Under the pieces are notes generated by a model. It was not told where the DNA came from and did no database searches. It worked only from the letters and a program-made list of their open reading frames with translations. Both the position numbers and the translations under genes were made by a program. DNA of 64,000 nt from Chrysomallon squamiferum (lineage: Eukaryota; Animalia; Mollusca): contig CM022679.1 of assembly GCA_012295275.1 (NCBI GenBank), forward strand, positions 16,058,001 through 16,122,000, written 5' to 3'. Numbering within the stretch: position 1 is the first letter of the stretch; every line of letters starts with the position of its first letter. Shown one piece after another: positions 45,579 through 64,000 of this stretch.

Positions 45579-45703
45579 TTCTTCTTCTTCTGGAACTGAT
45601 ATCTGAAATAAACGTATGTGAATTATCAGCAAACTCTTTCTTAATTTTAAAAATGTTTACAAAGTATTGCACCAAAAGTATATGTTGAAAAAGTTGTATC
45701 GAT

Positions 45704-45711
45704 CTTTTATA
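45704..45711 (-). promoter_or_regulatory. Candidate TATA box of chitinase paralogue 1
   Basis: TATAAAAG on the minus strand about 130 bp upstream of the ATG. The AT-rich background weakens this call. Confidence 0.35.
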
Positions 45712-46488
45712 GACACTTCGACTAGAAAGCTTTAAAAACAAGGTGAGACTAAATTATTTTCACAAAATGGTGCAAATAACAGTCGATGTGATTTATCGAA
45801 AAAAATGTTTTATCATCTGCACGTCCGTATAAACAGAGCTTTTCAGAAAATATGGGAAAAGCAAACATGTTAGTAACAAGAGGTTTGTGTCTGTTTATAA
45901 AGACAGTGAGAAAATTACACATTACATTTTTTTTTTTTCTAAGAATAAAAAAATGTATTAATGTGTCATCATTCGTGTGAAGATGCAGTTTTAGAATTAT
46001 TCACGAATGTTTGACGCCATGCGTCTTTTCAAACAACCCGCAATAATGTGTAACGACTTAGTCGTTTTTTCCAGATGTTACCTAAGTCGTATCATACGTA
46101 CAGTTAATTTCCCGTGGGTGTCATAGACATTAAGGTTTGTTGAGTGTGTAAAATTTATTGTTATGTGCCACATCACATTAATCGCTTACTTGCACATGAA
46201 AAACATGCTTGCAATGTTATGATACTTCAAAAGCCACCAGATCCACTGAAGGTACGAATGAATGAATTAATGTATCTGTTCCTTCGTCTGTCTTTCTGTA
46301 GGTGGGTATGTAGGAAGGTGGTTTACTTAGGAAGGCAGGAATGTAGTAAGGTAGATAGGCAGATTGGTAGGTATTTATCTATGTATGAATGTGTGAATGT
46401 AAGTATGAATATATGAATTTATGTATATAAATGTGTGTGTTGTATGTATGTACCTATGTACGTATAATTTTGTGCGTATATTTGTCTG

Positions 46489-46490
<2 letters not shown>

Positions 46491-46541
<51 letters not shown>

Positions 46542-46545
46542 CCTC

Positions 46546-46635
<90 letters not shown>
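46491..46635. repeat. (CT)n/(CA)n compound microsatellite
   Basis: Direct reading. Confidence 0.95.
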
Positions 46636-46641
<6 letters not shown>

Positions 46642-47237
46642 AGACAGATCTTTTCTATACTTCGTTTATTTCGTTTGAAAATTATCACCTCTAAATAATC
46701 CGATTAGGATAAACATCTTGTCAAGAGAGATAATCCTAATTATTTTAGTAGAAACCTAAAATAATTTAGCGGTTGTATCCCTTACAGAGCTAGCAAAAAT
46801 AATATATTTATACATACATATATACACACATATATTTATATATATATATATCATTAAATAGTACTGGACGTAGATAATCAAATTTAGAAAAAGAGATGAA
46901 CTGGTAAGAGATTAAATACAGCAAAATTATAATAATGTGTACTCGTTTTATTGTTCAAGAAAGTAAAAAAAAAATTGTATTGTTTGTAAATAACACACGA
47001 TGTACCATAACTTTCCTTATCCTTTAACTTCTTTTTTAATAATAACTGCTATTTCAAATAAAGAAATATGACTGACTATAAACAAAATATATTACTGTCG
47101 TTCCAGCATTTAATTAGAAAATTATTATTTTATCGACCGAAGTATGTTTTTTTCTTCACCATGAAATTCATGTGTTTTAAACACATTTCCCGTGACACAG
47201 ACTACGTCACCTCTGATGTTATGCATCCATTCTTGTT

Positions 47238-47610
47238 CTAACTGGATTCATACATTAATCAACACTATACTAACTGGATTCACACATTAATCAACACTGT
47301 ACTAACTCGATTCAAATATTAATTAACATTATGCTAACTGGATTCATGTATTAAACAACATCGTACTAACTGTATTCGAACATTAATCAAGTCGGTATTA
47401 AGTGGATTCAAATATTAATCAACAGTATACTAACTGGATCCAAAATGAATCAACACTATTCTAACTGGAATCACACATTAATCAACATTATACTAACTGG
47501 ATTCATGTATTAAAAAACATCGTATTAACTGTATTCGAACATTAATCAACTTGGTACTAAGTGGATTCAAATATTAATCAATTGTATTAAACAGATTCAG
47601 ATATTAATAA
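47238..47610. repeat. 32-bp minisatellite, about 11-12 degenerate copies, between the two chitinases
   Basis: Unit approximately CTAACTGGATTCACACATTAATCAACACTATA, starting at 47238, 47270, 47302, 47334 and onward. Confidence 0.9.
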
Positions 47611-48218
47611 AACTAAATTTTATTTCCGACCAAAGAAAAGTGGTTTTACACGCATGAAGGATTATTTTGTTTTATTTTATTTTATTCTTTTTATTGTTAT
47701 TATTCTTTTTTTCTTCTTCTCTTCTTTTGTTGTTGTTGTTCTTGCTGCTGCTGCTGTTGTTGTTGTTGATGTTGTTATTGATCAATATTGTGCGTAGTTA
47801 ACATTCAGTTTCAGTTTAAGAACAAATTATTAATGAAACAATAGAGACATTATGTCGATATAAAACTATTCAGTGGAAAATTAAAACATGTTAAGTAATC
47901 GACAGTACATTTTTACATTATCTGTTCTGACATCAAGCATCAGTATTACTGATATTAAATTTCATTATACTACATCGACATAAATAATATTCTAGTTATT
48001 TTCAGTTCTTTCTCTGAATATTTTTATTTATTTATTTATTTTTATATATTATTATATTATTTTATATTTATTTATTTTTATACACTAGTTTGTTTAATTA
48101 TTTTCTCTAATGGTTAAAAGCTGTTTGAAAACTATCTACACAATGTAGTAAAAAATAATCACGTATGAACATAATCCATATGAAGACTGTTTTTGAAATA
48201 AAGTTTCAGTCTATGTTT

Positions 48219-58504
<10,286 letters not shown>

Positions 58505-58796
58505 CTTTCAGTGTGACACGTGAAGCTAACAGTCAACAGGAAAACTCAACATTAACTAATCCGAAATAATTTCAATTTTTTCCTTGATTGCACTATGTAA
58601 GTAATGAAGGTTGAATAGCATGCTGGAAAAATAAAGTAAAACGAGCATTGCAGGTTTACGGAAATTTGTTGACGGAAGCAACACCAGGCATGTGGTTTTT
58701 AAAAGGAACAAACTGGTGAAATGAAATTGATAAGAATGTTAGTTGTATATTGTTTATGATTATGACGAATCGAGTGATAGTATGAATAGCGAGAGA

Positions 58797-58935
58797 AATT
58801 TAATTGAATGAATTTTTAAATTTATTTTTAAATTATATTTATGTTTATTTACTTTTTATTATTATTATTATTATTATTTAATTTAATTGAATGAATTTTT
58901 AAATTTATTTTTAAATTATATTTATGTTTATTTAC

Positions 58936-58960
<25 letters not shown>
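58797..58960. repeat. 83-bp direct tandem duplication running into (TTA)n/(TTG)n microsatellite
   Basis: AATTTAATTGAATGAATTTTTAAATTTATTTTTAAATTATATTTATGTTTATTTACTTTTTATTATT... occurs at 58797 and 58880. Confidence 0.85.
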
Positions 58961-59030
<70 letters not shown>

Positions 59031-60722
59031 ACTTTATTTTTATTTATTATTATTTTGGGTTTTTTTGTCATTTTCATTCTTTACTTTTGTTGTTACTTGG
59101 CATCATATCTTAAAAGCTCCTTATTTCCGTTTCTAATATATTTTAAAAGTGAGACTATCTGTAAAGTACGAACGGAAAAAGTGTGATTATCTCATCTGTT
59201 TTGTCCATGCACGCTAGTTGCATCTGTTACTATTTTACTCAGATATGATTCTGCATGTCAGTTATTCACCTACATGTTGAAAACAGCATATTGGAGATTT
59301 GTGAAATGAATTAAAACGTTAGCATTCCACCAGTTTGTAATAACCGAGTTTCTTCCTTTACTCACAGTGTCCCACGCCTGACATGTTAAAAAATATGGGA
59401 AGTGCTGGGTAAAATCTCCTGCTGCTAAACGACCTTTGTCGACCGCAAGCTTGCTAGTATGTGACCATGTGTTAGCACCACGACGTATGTTAACATCAGA
59501 GTAATTCAGGAATTAAATGACAGGTTTAAAATGTGATGTTATGACTGGAAACAACAGCCAAAAATAACAAACTGTCAATTGGAAAATGTAGGTTGAAGAT
59601 CGCAAGAAAGAATGAACGAGGTAATGAATGTATATTTATTTGACTGTTCCCCGAACATTTTAAAAGTAATGTTGACTGTTATATTATTATGACTCGAGAC
59701 TACAGAGTAAGAGATCTTTTATCCATGCCTTTTCATAGACATTACATAATAAGTAAATTATACAGAAGAGGAAATAACGGAAACATTACTGAATTCTGAT
59801 TCAGCGGCAGATAATGCTCCAAGCCATCTCACACCATCCAACTTTAAAAAAAAAAAAAAAAATAGCACTTCAATGTTAAAAGTAGACTGAGGATTTAGAT
59901 GAAGTAGTGAAGTGTATTTAACTTGCTGTTTCAAATGACAATATCACTGACTGACACTCAACCAGTTGAATGTCCTGAAGCGTCACGAAACTCCTTTCCG
60001 TTCAAACTATTTCACTTATTTTCTAAACCGACACTGGAGAAAACGCTACAAATAGGCATTGACGGTGTAATGGCTTAGTGGAATCAAAGTCAGTCGAGCA
60101 GAAATAGAAGTCTTAATAGTCTACTAACCACACTGAATGACGCACTGACCAGATCTTAAGATTTGCAAGTCATTCCTGAAATAGCCTTGAGATTACCAGC
60201 CCCTCTCCAGACCTAACGCAGAGTACGATCCTAATGTCCTTTTTCTCATCATCATCACACCTGCTCTTTAGCGCTGAATGCAAACACTTTCCTTTAACTG
60301 GATCGTGAAAAAACCTATAATTACCTATGATTAAGAATCAAACGATTATCAATTAATGTAGCATATTATTAATAATTAAGGAAATTTTTGATCCACAAAT
60401 ATAATGCTTTTAAATATTTTACATACAAGCAATAAAATATGTTTCAGCATCTTTAGTAATTAGCTACGTGCGTGCATCCTAACACCCACATAAATATTTA
60501 ACATGTTACCGACGTAAGAGGTTTAAGAAATGCGGTGTCAATCCGAGGCAGGTAAACATATAGATTCGTGCTTTTTTTCTGATCGGTTAAAATTTAACAG
60601 AAATAAACTTAAAGCCGTAAATAGCACACGTTTTACATAATATTGTTCAAGGTATTTTATCTATTTTTATTTGAGTTTAATTTCTGAAAGATTAAGTATT
60701 ATTATTTGTAGAAGTAATACAA

Positions 60723-60777
60723 AGTAGTAGTAGTTGTAGTAGCAGTAGCAGTAGCAGTTGTAGTAGTAGTAGTGATG

Positions 60778-60850
<73 letters not shown>
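60723..60850. repeat. (TAG)-like and (GA)n microsatellites
   Basis: Direct reading. Confidence 0.9.
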
Positions 60851-60853
<3 letters not shown>

Positions 60854-62328
60854 TAAAACCAAACAATATAACCTTTTTATTCATTTTGTCATTTTCAACA
60901 AATTACTTTTTTTCCACCATGATATCGTTTCTTTTTTAAATTTTACGCAGAATAAAAAATTGAAGAACTAATAAGATTTCTATTTTAATTTATTTGTTTA
61001 CTGTTTGACTTTTGTGAAATGAAATATAAACTAACGTGTGTCACATTACGACAGTGAGTTTGTTATTAGACCACGTTGTAACGCCATAAGAAATAAAATT
61101 ATGTATACATTTTTGTATTCAGAAATACCTTTTTGATAATTTTCTATTTCAGGCAAGAAGAGGACAAAAAGGTAGTTGTTATATACGTTTATCAGTATAG
61201 AATTACAAGACTTAATATATGTGCTTATTAATTAGCTATACAAATTTGTCAGAGTCGAGGAGACTGACTCGCAATTTTGAATTCTCCACAGGAACTTATT
61301 TATTAATTATTTCAAATTAGTTTCACATATATCTGAGTGGGTGCGTATTTGCTTCTTCTTCTTTTATTTTTTTTTTTTTGTTTTTTGTTTACAATTTAGA
61401 AAAAAAAAAATGTTAATGGTAAACTTCAAGTGTCGTCCTGTATTTGGTTTTTCATTTGTTTCCACCGTTAATTTCTTAACTGTTAGAAATCACAGCTTTG
61501 TGTGACCAGAAATAACACTGTAAGAATTCAGGATTAGAGTTGTACAGTCCTTGTTTTCTGCCACAGTAACACGACTGGTTCATACTTGTTTAAAGTATTT
61601 TTTATGATATTTAAAATTATTGGAATCTGTCGATATTGCCAGTGTAGAATCTTATTTAAGTAAAAAAGGTTTAATGGAAGATACTGAAAGAGTTTTAACG
61701 GATCTACCTAAGGCCGCATAATAAGGCTATAAAGTTTAAGAAATGTTTCTTTTTATAAAACTTTTATAAAGTTTTATGGAACTAATGGTCAACAATGTGT
61801 TTTAATATTCATTTTGAAATTATTTATTATTGAGTTACAGTAGAATTTGCTGATTTTGATTTTTTCTCAAATTGACTGTAGTTGTTATTGCTACTACAGC
61901 TCCGATTTTTAATTGCCTAGAAGGACTCAAATTATTTATTTACATATACAAACTGACGCACACTGAACTTCTGAAGGACATATGTATATTGTTTAACGTC
62001 CAACATAGCCATGGGGGATATTCAGTGAAGACAAAAACAAGATGTAAAATGTCGTCGATGACGTCATTGTCACAGCACTAAATACTTAAAACACAGATTA
62101 ATAAATATCATAGACACGACATGCAGAATTTATATAGCTATAGAGAAATAAATGGTAAATGTCACAGACATATTTCGCCTCAGGCATTCCCGTAACTCTT
62201 AGAGCTGGCCATAAACAACATGCGATGTACCGAAACACAACTAGTCAAGGACAAATGATAACACTTCACATTTATGGGATGGACATTCTCTAATGTTTCG
62301 ATATTGCGCAGCTGACAAATATCCCTCT

Positions 62329-62331
<3 letters not shown>

Positions 62332-62393
<62 letters not shown>
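62332..62393. repeat. (ATT)n microsatellite
   Basis: Direct reading. Confidence 0.95.
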
Positions 62394-62394
<1 letters not shown>

Positions 62395-62594
62395 TATATT
62401 TATATTAAGAAAAGGATCTAATGTTTTATTTTTAGTATTTAATGTGCATTCTGTAGACTTCATTTTAAAGAAATTAGTAAATAAATACATACAAACTTAA
62501 TTATTTTCTTTATAATGAAATTATAAATTATGAAAGGGAATTCCTACAAAGCAGCAGCTTCTCCTTTTTTAAAAATTCGTACCTGCTTAGTCTG

Positions 62595-62597
<3 letters not shown>

Positions 62598-62667
<70 letters not shown>
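62598..62667. repeat. (CT)n microsatellite
   Basis: Direct reading. Confidence 0.95.
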
Positions 62668-62669
<2 letters not shown>

Positions 62670-62981
62670 CACACACACATACACACACTCAAACAAACAC
62701 CAACTATGCACACGTACACACGCGCACACAGACTCGCACACAATGTCTAGGTGTAATTGACACAGTATACATGATGGTAATCTTCACATTTATAATGACT
62801 GTAATATGAAAAATAGGGATTACACTTGCAGTCTGATTTCTCAGTATTAAACAGATACACTGGTCCTTAATGAGATTCAGAGATCCGTCTGAGTAAAGAA
62901 TATAATGAAATTAATTAGCAGAACTGCACGTTCAAATCCAGTGTAGTACGCATAAATAGTTAATACAGTATTTAACATTGC

Positions 62982-63330
62982 CAGGTATGTTATTTAATTC
63001 TCTTACTAATATTAGCAGGTATGTTATTTAATACTGTTACTAATATTAGCAGGTGTGTTATTTAATACTGTTACTAATATTAGCAGGTATGTTATTTAAT
63101 TCTCTTACTAATATTAGCAGGTATGTTATTTAATACTGTTACTAATATTAGCAGGTGTGTTATTTAATACTGTTACTAATATTAGCAGGTGTGTTATTTA
63201 ATTCTCTTACTAATATTAGCAGGTATGTTATTTAATTCTCTTACTAATATTAGCAGGTATGTTATTTAATTCTCTTACTAATATTAGCAGGTGTGTTATT
63301 TAATACTGTTACTAATATTAGCAGGTGTGT
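62982..63330. repeat. 34-bp minisatellite, about 10 near-identical copies
   Basis: Unit CAGGTRTGTTATTTAATWCTSTTACTAATATTAG with period 34 (62982, 63016 and onward). Confidence 0.95.
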
Positions 63331-64000
63331 TTATGCTTATAATAATGATTTCGATAATGAAGTTGTTAGCGCGAATTTCCATTGATACAAAATACATAAG
63401 ATGTAAGAAAAGAAGCTCGATACCTTCATTATTATTAAATACTTTGACTTTTAAGATTTATCTGTTCCTTCCCTGCACGAGGTGTAGCTGGGCTTGACTT
63501 TGCCCTGAGAAAAAAATATCCTCTTGTAAAAAGTTAATTTTGCATTTTCAGCTCTTTGATGTTCTTCCCATGATAACCAGTTTCCACAAATTCTTTGTGA
63601 AAATTATATTTTCTTTGTTTTCCCTAGCTTGGAAACTGAGACGATATATTTAGGCTTTACATGGAAACATTCTGAAAATCTGAGAATATATTTTTTATTT
63701 TTTATCTGCCCGATTATAAGTTAAAGCTGCATGTGTATCGCCGTTGTCCACAATTTTTACTTCTAAAGCCTTTCCTGCCATCAGTCTTTCCGACCAAAAG
63801 AGGTCACATGATAATAATTCAACAATACATTCCTGAATGTCTCTAAAGCACAATACACTTCTTGATACTTAAATGTGAATTAAATAAATTAAATGATATA
63901 CATTTGTAAGGACTTATTCAATAAAATCAAATTATTACATTAAAAAAACATTAGGCCTTCATGTAAAATAAATGACTTTCAAAAGCACTTCCCGATTTTA

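Noticed and set aside
44046-46694. ORF-track entries with poly-SL, poly-ER or poly-T runs (also 39013-39336, 50046-50355, 58887-59186, 62290-62743)
   Set aside because: They are translations of microsatellites.
47238-47610. 32-bp repeat array as a CRISPR array (likewise 62982-63330)
   Set aside because: Units are contiguous with no unique spacers, there are no cas genes, and the context is eukaryotic.
59366-59513. GC-richer 49-codon open frame ending at a GTGAGT donor (minus strand)
   Set aside because: No start or recognisable protein; might be a 5'UTR exon of chitinase 2 or a repeat, which cannot be decided from sequence.

Overview
AT-rich, microsatellite-rich eukaryotic (metazoan; invertebrate, possibly mollusc-like, which is inference only) genomic DNA with six intron-containing genes, all reconstructed by hand from GT-AG boundaries and reading-frame continuity: SAR1 (-, 3975-8716), MRPS24 (+, 9527-10916), SEC24A/B (-, 13657-32844), DCTN5 (+, 33944-37079) and two tandem GH18 chitinase paralogues (-, 39503-45578 and 48219-58504). 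The main unexplained structure is in the two linked COPII genes. SAR1 carries two intact, same-length, same-phase paralogous versions of the P-loop/switch I exon (candidate mutually exclusive exons). SEC24 has two frame-preserving candidate cassette exons, one a 64-aa highly acidic insert just before the zinc finger. The chitinases share an atypical 8-Cys C-terminal domain. Also present: a TA-flanked MITE, a Tigger/pogo transposase remnant, a templated exon-fragment insertion, minisatellites and microsatellites. No rRNA, tRNA or CRISPR array was seen.
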